Source: Caecitellus pseudoparvulus (Eukaryota > Protista > Bigyra: Bicosoecida). From it: a DNA stretch of 64,000 nt. The position numbers were made by a program, and so were the translations under genes. Position 1 is the first letter of the stretch; the number at the start of each line of letters is the position of its first letter. Shown piece by piece: positions 1-11,050 of the stretch. The notes under the pieces were generated by a model. The model worked only from the letters and a program-made list of their open reading frames with translations, did no database searches and was not told the origin of the DNA. Where the stretch lies: positions 1,116,001-1,180,000 of the forward strand of contig CBFFRQ010000018.1 in the NCBI GenBank assembly GCA_965644315.1, read 5' to 3'.

Positions 1-1086
1 CTGGACATCTCTGCCCGCGCCGCCGGCACACAGGCCATCACGCGCAAGTTCCCCATCGGGCCCGTGTCCATGGTGTCCCCCTTCAACTTCCCCCTGAACC
101 TGGCGGCACACAAGGTGGCGCCAGCCATCGCGGCGGGGTGCCCCTTCGTGCTCAAGCCCGCCAGCCGCACACCGCTGGGCGCCCTCATCATCGGCAAGGC
201 CCTCGTCAAGGCGGGGCTTCCGGAAGGCGCCTTCTCCATCGTGCCCTGCCCCCGCGAGGCCGCTGACGCGTTCACCACCGACGAGCGCTTCAAGCTGCTG
301 TCGTTCACGGGCTCCCCTGGCGTGGGGTGGGCCATGAAGGCGCGGGCAGGCAAGAAGCCCGTCGTGCTGGAGCTGGGGGGCAACGCCGCTGCCATCGTGG
401 ACAGCGCCGTGGACCTGCCCCACGTCGTGAAACGCCTGGCTCTGGGCGCCTTCTACCAGTCGGGGCAGTCCTGCATCGGCGTGCAGCGCATCTTGATCCG
501 CTCCACGGTGTACGAGGAGGTGAAGGCTGCCCTGGTGCGGGAGGTGGGCAGCCTGAAGGTGGGGGACCCCCTGGAGGAAGACACGTTCGTGGGCCCCCTC
601 ATCACCGCCAAGGATGCTGATCGCATGGAGGAGTGGACGGAGGAGGCCCTGGCCGCCGGCGCCAAGGTCGTCGTGGGGCACCGCAAGGAGGGCTCCTTCT
701 ACTGGCCCACGCTGCTGGAGGGCGTGCCGCCGCACTGCAAGGTGTACCGGGAGGAGGCCTTTGGCCCCGTGGCGGTGCTGGAGCCGTACCAGACGTTTGA
801 GCAGGCCGTGCAGCGCGTGAACGACAGCAAGTTCGGCCTGCAGGCGGGCGTCTTCACGGAGGACCTGCGGCGCGCGTTTTACGCGTACGAGCACATCGAC
901 GCGGGTGGCGTGGTGGTGGGGGACGTGCCATCGTTCCGCGTGGACTCCCAGCCGTACGGCGGCGTGAAGGACAGCGGCCTGGGCCGGGAGGGCATCCGCT
1001 ATGCCATCGAGGACATGACTGAAACCCGCATCATGACCCTGCGCAATGTGGGCGCCTTGCGGGGGGAGGCTGCTGCTGCGCAGTGA
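1..1086 (+). CDS. Aldehyde dehydrogenase, ALDH family 21 / RNP123-like (5'-truncated by window edge)
   Basis: Frame is open from base 1 (LDISARAAGTQAITRKFPIGPVSMVSPFNFPLNL). ALDH motifs: PFNFPL, KPAS, FTGS, LELGGNA (catalytic Glu), SGQSCI (catalytic Cys), EAFGPV, PYGGVKDSGLGREG. Confidence 0.93.
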   Translation: MDISARAAGTQAITRKFPIGPVSMVSPFNFPLNLAAHKVAPAIAAGCPFVLKPASRTPLGALIIGKALVKAGLPEGAFSIVPCPREAADAFTTDERFKLLSFTGSPGVGWAMKARAGKKPVVLELGGNAAAIVDSAVDLPHVVKRLALGAFYQSGQSCIGVQRILIRSTVYEEVKAALVREVGSLKVGDPLEEDTFVGPLITAKDADRMEEWTEEALAAGAKVVVGHRKEGSFYWPTLLEGVPPHCKVYREEAFGPVAVLEPYQTFEQAVQRVNDSKFGLQAGVFTEDLRRAFYAYEHIDAGGVVVGDVPSFRVDSQPYGGVKDSGLGREGIRYAIEDMTETRIMTLRNVGALRGEAAAAQ

Positions 1087-1196
1087 CGCGCAGCCGTGCC
1101 ACAATTCAAAACCCGCCCCCTTGCACACACACAACGCAGTGCGGCGCTACGTGCAGCAGGCTCGCCTAACAGCGTCTTGGGCAGAGGTTTGCCGGC

Positions 1197-4100
1197 ATGG
1201 AGGGGGCCTTCGGCCCCTCAGGGCCCGAAGCCCTGCACACCAAGCTCGACGAGCTGCGAGCGGCGGCACAGGGGGGCGACGCCCAGCTGGCGCAAGTTGT
1301 CAGCGTCCTGGACGCGCTGTGTTTGGCCCTCGACATGCAGCCGCCCATTCCCCCAGCGGCGTACTTGGCCGGCTTGCTAGCGCTCGTGGAGCGCTCGGGG
1401 GCTGGCAGTGCCCAGGAGGTGCGTCATCGAACACAGAGCCGGCACCCTGTTCCCTGCCGCGCCTGCCTCTGAGCTGTGCAGGAGCAGGCACGACGACCCC
1501 TGAGCCCCGCAGGTCTTTTATCTACTCTCGGTGATTGTGCCGTTTGTCCCCGTCTCTGTGCTGCGCTCCCACGCGGACAGCACGACGAAGCTCTTCACGG
1601 CAGCGCTGCAGGTGCGGAAATTGCTCCCCCCACACACCGCACGCAAACAGCCCCCGCCGCACTTGGCCCCGGCTTTCACAGGCACCTGGCGTGACGGGTG
1701 ACCCCATCATGTTGCGCAGTGTCATCGTGTCCCTCTCTGCCTGTCTAGCTGCGCTCGATGTGGACGAGGGCAGCTGGGGCAGCGGTGGGCGCCTGGGCCT
1801 CTTCGGCGCCCTGCTGAACCTGTGCGTGGACCCCCGGGACCGCGTGCGGCGCGCGGCGCAGAGCGGCGCACACCGCATCCTGTGCCGCCACGCCCTCGCC
1901 GCCAAGCGCTCCGAGACCCTGCTCACCAAGGCCTCCGTGCAGTTCTTCTCGGGCATCCTGCGCGCGACGACGCTGAAGGACTCCGTGCGCTCCGTGCACA
2001 CCATGTCCTTCCTGCGCTCCGCCCTGCCCCTGCTGCCAGCCGCCTCCATCGGCGCCGTCCTGGAGGCCGTCCTGCAGCTCCTCGTCCTGGGCAGCAGCAA
2101 GCTCAACCTGCTGGCTCTGCGCACCGTCATGAACGTGGTGGAGGCGCCCGCGGCACAGCTGTCCCTGGGGCTGCTGGCCCAGCTCGCCTCCGTCCTCGTC
2201 AGCATCGCTCCCAACAAGGACGACCCTGGGCCCGCGGCGGCATACCAGTACCTGCTGTCCGCTGTCATCGTTCGCCTGGCGGCGTCAGAGACGGCGGCGG
2301 GGGGGGGGGACGCCACAGCCGTCACCGCCGCCGCCGCAGGCACCTCTGTGCTGGGGTACATGGGGGGCGAGGGGGGTCCCCAGGGTGACTTGCGGGGCTT
2401 TGACCGGGAGGAGCAGGGCGGCGGCGGCGTGGAGGGCGCGGCGCCGGGCGCATCCACCAAGGGCGCCTTCTCAGGCCTGGGCGGCGCCGTCGTGCGGCTG
2501 GCTCCAGATGGGCTGCCCGAGACGCTGCTGGGGCGGGACGCGCCGCAGTGCCCCCGCACGGCGGCAGCCTTGACGGCCGCCCTGCCCGTCATGTTCGCTG
2601 CCTTTCTCTCCGAACGGGCGGCGGTGCACGTGGCTGCCGCCAACGCCCTCACCAGCCTCCTCCTCGCCACCGTCACTGCGCCCATGGTGGCGTCCACCCT
2701 GGCCGCCATCCGCGCCGCAGCCAAGGCCAACGGCACTGCCTTGGTCCTGGACGGCGCCCTGGCCGCCCTGACTGGCTACCCGCCCGTGGGCACGGCCCTG
2801 CCCCCCGCCGCCCAGGACACACCCGTGGGCACGCTGGTGCTGTGCTTGGAGGGCCTGTTGTCCGTGAAGCACCAGCCAGCGTGGCCCATCGCCCTGCCCA
2901 TGCTGGCGGTGGCCTTCAGGCACCTGGGCCTGGCCGCCGTGCCCCTCCTCGGTCGCCTCCTCCTCGCCCTCGTGGAGCTGCGGGCCTCCCTCATCGCCGC
3001 CACGGCGCCGGCAGCCGACCCGGGCTCCGTGCGGGGCGCCTCCGCCGCGGCAGCTGCCGCAGACGACGAGGCAGAGGACACGCAGCTGAACCGACGGGAG
3101 CGCTCTGCGGGGCGCAAGGGGCGCGGCGAAGCGGACCCCACCCTGGACGCCGCCGTGGGCGGCATGTCGGGGCTGCTGCAGCGCATGCTGTGGCGCATCC
3201 TCGGCTCGGCGCTCCGGGCCGTGGGCGTCTCGGCGTTCCTGTCCATGGTGCCCCTCGCGCCGGGCGTGCCGCCGTCCCCCGCAGAGACGGCCGCTGCCGA
3301 GGCAGAAGGCAACGCCACTGGCGCCCCCAGCACAGGGGCGGTGTCTCCCGGTGTCGCGGATGAGCGGGTGTGGGTGCTGCGCCTGCTGAAGCAGCACGCC
3401 AAGTACACCGCCACGGAGCTGGGCACCTTCACCGGCGTGCTGCTGCCGGCGGCACAGCAGTGCGAGGTGGTGGCTGCCGCCGCGGAGGGCGCGACGCTGC
3501 CCGGCAACGCCCGTGCCATGCGTGCTCGCGCCAGCTCCATCTGGGCGCTCTTCCCCATCCTGTGCCAGTGCCCCTCGGACGTCCCAGAGGCCTTCGGCCC
3601 GCGCCTGGGCAAGCTCGTCCTGGCGGTCCTGGGCAAGGCGGACCCCCGCTACCCCGACCTGCCAGGCCACGTGTGTGTGGCGCTGGAGACGCTGGTGACA
3701 CGCCTGCGCCTCGCAGCGGGCCTGCCGCCCCCCGTGCGCCCCGCCTACATGGGCCTCATGGGTGCCGGCGCCTCTGGAGACGACACCTCGTCTGTCGGCG
3801 GTTTCTCCGTCACCTCCCGGTGGGCGGGGTCCACCGCCGGCGGCAGTGTGGCAGGCAGTGTCTTCCGCGGCGGCGGCGCCAGCGTGTTTGGCGGGGAGGA
3901 CGAGGAGGCGGCCGAGGCGCGGGCGTCCCGGGCCCGGCGCGCTGCCAAGGCCTCCGAGGGCGGCGTGGGGGACATGTCAGCCGGCGCGCCGGCGGAGGCA
4001 CGCCACCCCGTGCTGGTGGCATCCATGGGCGTAGGTGGCGCCTCCCCCAAGCTGACTCGGGAGGAGGCGCTGGCAGCCCTGGACGCCGTCACTGCCGTCG

Positions 4101-6472
4101 CGCACCGGTACTTGCCCGTGCTGTTCAACGTGTACGAGCGCGTGGCGGGCACTGTCGGGGCGCGCACCTCCACCCGTGCCACACGCGTTCTGCACGCCAT
4201 CGCCGCCTTCGTGGCTGTGGCCCCTGAGGACCTCGTGGCCACCTTCACGGGGCGCCTGGTGGGGCGCACGGCAGATGCCCTGCAGACGGTGGCCTCTGCC
4301 GTGGGCGGGGCGGTGGAGTCTGCCACAGCAGGCGGCCGCCTGGTGCTGAAGCCCGGGCAGAGCCTGCGCCTCAACAAGCGCAAGCTGGCCATCCTGGCAG
4401 GGGAGAGCCCCGCCGTCTCCAACGCCCTCACGCGCATGACGGCGCTGCTGTCCCTGGCCCTGACCCTGGTGCCCCGCTTGTCCCCAGCCCAGGCCGGCGA
4501 GCTGTTCAAGGTCATCCACCCGGCGCTGTCGGAGGCTGCCCTGCCCACCCAGCAGAAGCGGGCGTACCAGGTGCTCCTGGCCCTGCTCACGACCCAGCCA
4601 GCCTTCATGGAGACTGAGGCGACGAAGGCTGACATCGTGCAGCTGCTTCGGGCGTCCCTCTTCGAGGTGTCCCCGTCGGCACGCAAGGCACGCCTGCGGT
4701 GCCTGGAGGCTGTCGTGGCGGCCCTGGACCCCCTCAGCCCCGCAGACCGAGCCATCATGGCCGGGCTCATGGGTGACGTCATGTTGTGCACGAAGGACCC
4801 CAACGGCAGTGCGCGCACTGCCGCTGTGAACCTCCTGCTCACCATTGTGTACGCGCTGTCACAGGTCGCTGCGACGGCTGCCCCCCTTGGCCTCGAGGTG
4901 GGCGGCGGCGTGGGCGCCGTGGAGGGCGAGGGCGAGGACGACCGCCCGACCACTGAGCTGAGTGGGCAGCGCCTGGTGGCAGACGCCCTGCCCCTCATCA
5001 TGACGGGGCTGACCAGTGACTTCTCACCAACGGTGGCGGCGGCGGTGCAGTGCCTCAGCCGTGTCGTGTATGAATTCGCAGAGGTGCCAGAGGTGGCGGA
5101 AGCACTGCCCAGCCTCCTGAACTCTGCCCTGGCCCTGGTTCCCCGTGCAACCACCGAGGTCATGAAGGCCGTCGTGACCTTTGCACGCGCCGTGGTGGTG
5201 GCCTTCCCACCTGCGGCAGTGCAGGGCATGGTGCGGGGCATGCTGGCGACGCTGATGAAGGTGCCCAGCGAGAAAGCCCGCGCCAAGTCCCGCGCCGGCG
5301 TGAAGCTCCTGCTGCTGAAGCTGCACCGCAAGTTCGGGGAGGCGTTCCTGGAGCCCCTGGTGCCCACGGAGGACCAGGCGCTCCTGCGGTACATCGCCAA
5401 GCAAGCCGCACGCAAGGTGAAGAAGCGGCACTCGGCGCGGGCCACCGCCGCCGCCGCCATGGCTGCCGTCACAGCGCCCGGCGCGGAGGAGGAGGGGGAG
5501 GGCGACGTGGAGCTGGGCGGCGACGCCGACGGCGCCAGCGTCGTGTCCTCTGCCACAGGCGGCACGCGGGCGCCGGTCTCCTTCGAGGCGCTGCTGGATG
5601 AGGAGGACGCAGGCCTCGCTGACGCCATGACCTCGGCTTCGGGCGGCACGTCCTTCACCGGGGTCACTGCGAACGTGCCGGAAGACGAGGCGCTGTTCCG
5701 CGTCATGAAGGCGAGCCAGGGCGGCGGGCGCAAGGCCCGGCGAGGCGCGGCCTCAGGGGGCAGCAGCTGGATCCAGGAGACCGGCGACGAGCCACTGGAC
5801 CTGCTGAGCCCCACAGCTGTGCGGCATGTCGTGGGCACCGACCCCGCCAAACTGGCCCAGTGGAAGCGCACAGCGTCCGCCTCCTCTGCAGCCTCCTCTG
5901 CGACGGCTGCAGAAGATGGCTCCCTGGCGATGGGGGACGGCATCAGCTTGGACGCCGACGGCCGCGTGCGCATCGAGTTCGGTGCCGGGGACGGCTCTGA
6001 CTCCGACTCCGACTCCGACTCCGAGGATGCCTCGGGGAGGCCTTCCCACCACCGGGAACGCAAGCCTGGCAAGAAAGTGGCAGGGGGGGCCATGGGCGCG
6101 GCAGCGGCCGCCGCGAGTGCACATGCCAACTCCCAGGGCTGGGACCTCAAGCGCCCTGGGCAGCGAGGAAACCGCTCGGCAGCAGCCGCCGCCGCAGGGG
6201 AAGCTGGCCGGTACACCGGAGCTGCCTTCCGGTCCAAGAAAGCCAAGGGCGACGTGCAGCGGAAGGGCTCCAAGTTTGAACCCTTTGCGTACGTGGCATT
6301 GGACCCCCGGGCCATGTCGGGGCGCGGAGGCGCGAAAAGTGTCGCTCGTTTCCACAACGTTACTGCCAGCACCATGAAGCGAGGCTCTGGCAAGCGTGGG
6401 CGCTCCGTTGCGAAAATTGCCGCCGCAGCCCTCACGAAGGAGGAGCGTTCCAAGCGCAAGAGGTCGCGTTAG
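1197..6472 (+). CDS. RRP12: RRP12-like HEAT-repeat ribosome biogenesis factor. Predicted exons 1197-1418, 1513-1611, 1682-6472
   Basis: GT-AG introns 1419-1512 and 1612-1681 join the frames in phase 0. Long helical repeats, and a C-terminal YTGAAFRSKKAKGDVQRKGSKFEPFAYVALDP matching the RRP12 tail; also DPRDRVRRAAQ and QQKRAY motifs. Confidence 0.88.
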
Positions 6473-6853
6473 GGGGCGCTTGGACCCCGTGGCGCCTTGC
6501 CCGAAGCTGGAGCAGGCCTGTTCTGGCGGCGGAGCGGAGGCAGCTCTCCTCCCGACAGCGCCTTGCCAGCTTGACGTGCCGGGCGTGGCGTGATCACCTG
6601 CTCCACGCAGCACTGCAAGTGCCCGCCCTCTCCAAAACAAAACCCTGCACTAGACAATACAGTACGGGCTTCTGCTTGCCTCCTGCACTAACACAAGCAA
6701 GTTCTCTGGCCCACGTTGCTTCGCGGCGCAGCAGGAGCAGCCCAGCTCGCACAGGACAGCGCCATCCTGCACCCGGCCACGTGCTAGAGCGCGTGGCGCA
6801 GCAGTGCACGAGTGCGAGGCAGGCTGCTGCTCCGTGCACGTGCCTCTGTTGCT

Positions 6854-8278
6854 ATGGAAGGCCCTGTTGGAGGCTCACGCCGCCCCAGGCAGCAGGAGTC
6901 TGCGGGGGACTGCAGCCTGGCGCAAAGCCGCCCAAAGCGCCGGCGCTTCTGCGCTCCTCCGAGCGCCAAGCGCTGCTCGCTGCCAACAGAGGCAATAGAG
7001 GGCATGCGATCGTGGATGTTCCACAAGGACCACGTGGATTTCCCGTACCCCACCCCAGAGGTGCGTGCACGACGGAAACACGAGGGGGGTGCCTCACGCG
7101 ATGTGCAGGAAACGCCCCCCGCACGCATCGTGCTCGGCACGGGCTGCGACAGCACCCAGGCGCGTGGCCTTGGCAGCAACAGTCTGCATGCTGCCGCTAC
7201 TTGTGCTGCCAGCGTCTTTGCTTTGCTGGGCGCCCAAGCCCCAGTGCGCCGTATGCGCATTGCTGCGCTCGGCACCTTCAGAACGAAGCGCGACGCCCTC
7301 CCGCCGCTGCAGGAAAAGGAAGCCTTTGCCAAGCAGTTCAGCATCTCGACCAAGCAAGTCAACAACTGGTTCACGAATGCGCGCAAGCGCCTGTGGAGCA
7401 AGACGCACGTGCAAGCCGCCAGCACAGCGGAAGCTGCAACGCCCTCCTTCGCTGCTGCCCGTGCTCAGCGCAAGTACGCTGAGATTGAGGAGCTGTCCAA
7501 CGGCCGCATTTCGGCCCTCGAAGCCAAGGTGGGCCTCACGGGCGGAGAGCTGGACACGCCGCCCGCTTCGGGCGGCGTGTCTGCCCCAGCAGTTGCCGCT
7601 GCACAGCTTGCGGAGTGTGCCAAGGAGCTGGCGGAAGCGGCTGGCGTCCTGCACCAGGCTGCAGAGTCCGCGCAGTCGCGGGCCCAGGAGCAAGTCGCCA
7701 CGCATGATCGGACCTTGGGTGGGCTGCTGCCGGCCGAGTGTGTGGATGTGCGCGAGGTGGAGGCGAGCGGCCAGCGCGTGCTGGCTCACCTGACCAGTCG
7801 CAAACCCATGCAGTCTGCCGTGCCGCCTGCACCACTGCTGCCCGCGGGCGCCATGGTCGCAGCCATGCACCTGCGGGCGTGCACCCTTGCCTCCAAGAAG
7901 AACCTGCAGCAGTTCACCAGCAGTGTGCGGCACTGCTACGCCATGCTCAGCGCGCTGAGTGCGTTGCAAGATGGCGTGTCTGCTGCGCTGGCAGGCCGCC
8001 CAGCCCCTGGCCTGTTGGCGATGACGAGGACGCTGCAGGAGCAGGAGCGCTCGCTGGCGCAGGGCTGGAAGGCCCGCCAAGTCATGCGCACGGTGTCAGG
8101 CAGCACGGCTGCGTCTGCAGCCAGCGCAGTGGAGCTGGAGGAGCAGCCTGCCACCGCGAGCCCAGTGGCTGTGTCTGCTCCTGGCACCGTCTCTCTCATG
8201 TGGGGCTTCGACGGCGACTCCTGCGACTTCGACGACGATCTAGACTTTACCACCGGCATGCTGCTGAACTTGGACTAG
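6854..8278 (+). CDS. TALE-class homeobox transcription factor, with in-frame intron 7061-7312
   Basis: Removing GT(7061)..AG(7312) gives a contiguous homeodomain LPTEAIEGMRSWMFHKDHVDFPYPTPE|EKEAFAKQFSISTKQVNNWFTNARKRLW, with the TALE PYP loop and helix-3 WFxNAR. Confidence 0.9.
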   Translation: MEGPVGGSRRPRQQESAGDCSLAQSRPKRRRFCAPPSAKRCSLPTEAIEGMRSWMFHKDHVDFPYPTPEVRARRKHEGGASRDVQETPPARIVLGTGCDSTQARGLGSNSLHAAATCAASVFALLGAQAPVRRMRIAALGTFRTKRDALPPLQEKEAFAKQFSISTKQVNNWFTNARKRLWSKTHVQAASTAEAATPSFAAARAQRKYAEIEELSNGRISALEAKVGLTGGELDTPPASGGVSAPAVAAAQLAECAKELAEAAGVLHQAAESAQSRAQEQVATHDRTLGGLLPAECVDVREVEASGQRVLAHLTSRKPMQSAVPPAPLLPAGAMVAAMHLRACTLASKKNLQQFTSSVRHCYAMLSALSALQDGVSAALAGRPAPGLLAMTRTLQEQERSLAQGWKARQVMRTVSGSTAASAASAVELEEQPATASPVAVSAPGTVSLMWGFDGDSCDFDDDLDFTTGMLLNLD

Positions 8279-8358
8279 GCTGGCGCTGCTCCGCAATTCG
8301 GTGCACCGTCCCACCCGCACACCCCCTCCCGGTGTCAGGAAGGGGGGTCCATGACAAT

Positions 8359-8458
8359 ACACATGTGCGCGCGCTCAGCACTCCCTCGCCTGGCACACAC
8401 ATGTGCGCGCGCTCAGCACTCCCTCGCCTGGCACACACATGTGCGCGCGCTCAGCACT
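8359..8458. repeat. 38-bp tandem repeat, about 2.6 copies, intergenic
   Basis: Unit ACACATGTGCGCGCGCTCAGCACTCCCTCGCCTGGCAC; ATGTGCGC starts at 8363, 8401 and 8439. Confidence 0.95.
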
Positions 8459-8616
8459 TCCTCTCAGTCGCTCACACCCGCACACGTCCTCCTCCCCGCG
8501 ACTTGTCCATGGTCCGCCGACAGAGCAGTCAGGGCAAGCCGCTGGAGGAGGAGGGGCTGTGAGCGGCTGGGGTGGGCTGCCACGCTCGGCCGCTGAGCCC
8601 AGCCACAGAGCGGGCC

Positions 8617-10930
8617 ATGGCAAGCCCGCACAGCCCTGCAGGCCTGAACCAGTTCGCCACACTGCAGTACGACGATGCGACCATTCCTGCCGTGCCCCTC
8701 CCAGCAACCGTCATGGTGCGTGCTTGGCCCGGCGAGAACGAAGAGGCCAGTCGCGGGGCGCACTGCCGCTTCCTCGATCCCTGGTCGCAGGCTGTGGATG
8801 TGGAGGCCACAGGGGACCGGCTGGGTGTAGACAAGCTTGTTGCCATTGGCGCAGTGCTGCTGCGGATCGAGTCCCCGTTTGAAGCCGTGGAGGTGGAACG
8901 CCGGGTGTGGCGTTTCAAGGTGGACTACCCCGCCGACTTCGAGCCTGACTGCGTCAAGAACTTCTGGAGCCACCATGCTGACATCTTGCGCGACGTGAGT
9001 TCCAGCGATGATTCAGGCACATCTCTCCTGTGGCTGCGGTGTATGGGGCCCGCGCTGCACGTGCCTGTGCTGTGTCCCACCACTTGCCAAGGCGGCGTGC
9101 ACAACCAATTTCCGCGCACCACAGCTGCAAACTGGAGCCCAAGAGCCCCTGACCGCCATCACCGCCTTCCACGAGTGGTTCTCGGGAGTGTGCAGCCACC
9201 CTGTGTATGGGAACTTCTTCCTGGCCACCGACAACCCAGCCTTCGACGTCGCATTTATCAACCTGTATGTGTGCACTTTGCTGCACAAACCACCCCTGTC
9301 CAACCGCGGGGCGCACCCGCCGCCGGGCTGCGAACAGCTGCCCGAGCGGGCATTCCTGCAACCCATAGATGTTCGCTCCATGGTGTCCGGCCTCCCAACC
9401 TCCATGCTGACCGCGGGCAGGGCACGCCGCCATGACTTCGTCCCGGCACCGTGGGGCAGTGCCAAGGCACTCATCCGCAACGTGCTGTCTGCCAGCTGCC
9501 CAGGCCGCAAGACGCACATGCCGGATGAGGACGCCTTCATCATCGCCTGGCACTTCGCCATGGCGCTGTCGTACGTGGGAGAGCAGGCGCAGGCCCTGCA
9601 GCAGCACCTGACGGGCGCTGCTGCCATGGGCATCACAGGCAACGACATCGCCGTGCCTGGCTCCTTCCTCCACGCAGCACTGGGGCTGGGCCACCACCCC
9701 TCCCGGGCGGGCACTTCGCAGTCTTCCTCCCAGGTCCCAATGCGTGGGCGCTCCCGCTCCGCCAGCATGCCAGCCAGCATGCCAACCAGCATGCCAGCCA
9801 GCATGGCCACGACCGTCACCTTCTCGCCCCAGGCTTCCCCCCAGCTCGCAGGGGACTTCGGGATCACCCCCCCTGCACTGGCCCTGCCAGAGCACCAGGA
9901 GCAGAGGCCTCGCACGTACGTGGAGGACGCCATTTTCCAGATGCAGGTGCGGCCGCTGCCGCTCACCACCCCTGCCCAGGCATCTGAAGCTCACAAGTGG
10001 GTGGACGTCGTCGCGGAAATCGCAAGAGTGTGCCAGGCCGACGGCAGCGATGGGCCCCCACCCATCTCCCGCCGCGCTAAGCGCCGCTTGGACATGTATG
10101 TCGTGCACGCCAATGCCTGTGCGGTGTTTGAGGTCAAGGAAGGGCACTACCTTGTGGAGGAGACGGGTTGCTGGCTGCCCTGCCATGCCCTGGACAAGCT
10201 GGCCTTCTCCCTGCTGGCCTTGAACCTGGCCCGGTGGCGCAAGGGCGTGTTTGACATGGAGTCCCCCACCCACGGCTTCGTGGCCGACCACCGGGGCGCC
10301 CCCATTCCCTGCCACATGCTGGACTCCCTCCTGCGGGCTGTGATCGAAGCCAAGATCCCCCGCAGCTCTGTGAAGACGCTGCCGTACAAGGCCCCCGTGC
10401 CAGGCCGCGCGCTGCCCAGTCCTTGGAGCCCTCAAATGGCCGCGTACGAGCAGGCCCTAGAGCGAGCAAGGGCAGGGCCTGCGACACCACCGGCTGCAAC
10501 CCTCACCACTGCCACTCGGCTCAGCCCGTACAAGGGCTCGCCCCTGGCGGAAGGGCACTCGAGCCCTGCGCAGCCTGGCCTGTTCCCGCACCACCCGGAC
10601 TTGCCAGGCCATGCAGGGTCCCCGTCCCACAACATGCTGGGCATGATGATGCGATACGGGATCATGCCACAGAAGGCAGCAGCGCACACTCGGCCCAAGA
10701 CGGCGACAGCCAAAGTTGCAGCCGCCACACCCAGCCCTGCCACCGAGGTAGACCCCTCCGAGCCGAAGAAGAAGCCGTCATCGTCGGCTCGCAGACACCT
10801 GCGCCGTAAACGCGCACAGCAGCGCATGAAGGAAGCTGAAGCAGGGAGAGGGGGGCGTCCAGGTGCTGGGCGACCGTCCCCTGCCCGCCCCCCGGCCGTT
10901 TCCGCGGCACCCCCCCCTTCGAACCCTTGA
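8617..10930 (+). CDS. DEDDh 3'-5' exonuclease (DnaQ-like / RNase AS-like) with long uncharacterised C-terminal region. Exons 8617-8715, 8791-8994, 9125-10930
   Basis: Two phase-0 GT-AG introns (8716-8790, 8995-9124) assemble ExoI VMAVDVEATG, ExoII LATDNPAFDVAF and ExoIII THMPDEDA. Confidence 0.82.
9761..9805 (+). repeat. 12-bp coding minisatellite (ASMP/TSMP x ~3.75)
   Basis: gccagcatgcca gccagcatgcca accagcatgcca gccagcatg. Confidence 0.85.
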
Positions 10931-11050
10931 GCACTGCTGCTTGACAATTCACGCTTGGCATAAACCTTGCGGGGTAGACCCTTGCACCTCCTGTCGTTGA
11001 GCACCACCCGCCGCTGGTCTCAACCAGGGGACACACGACCTTGACTCGAC

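Noticed and set aside
3745-6459. 904-aa antisense ORF and similar long shadow ORFs (e.g. 51671-53476, 8954-10435, 39416-40717)
   Set aside because: Expected opposite GC3-rich genes; they overlap well-supported genes and show no motifs.
8359-8458. Mini-CRISPR next to a nuclease gene
   Set aside because: The sequence between the palindromic cores is identical in each copy, so this is a plain tandem duplication with no spacers.
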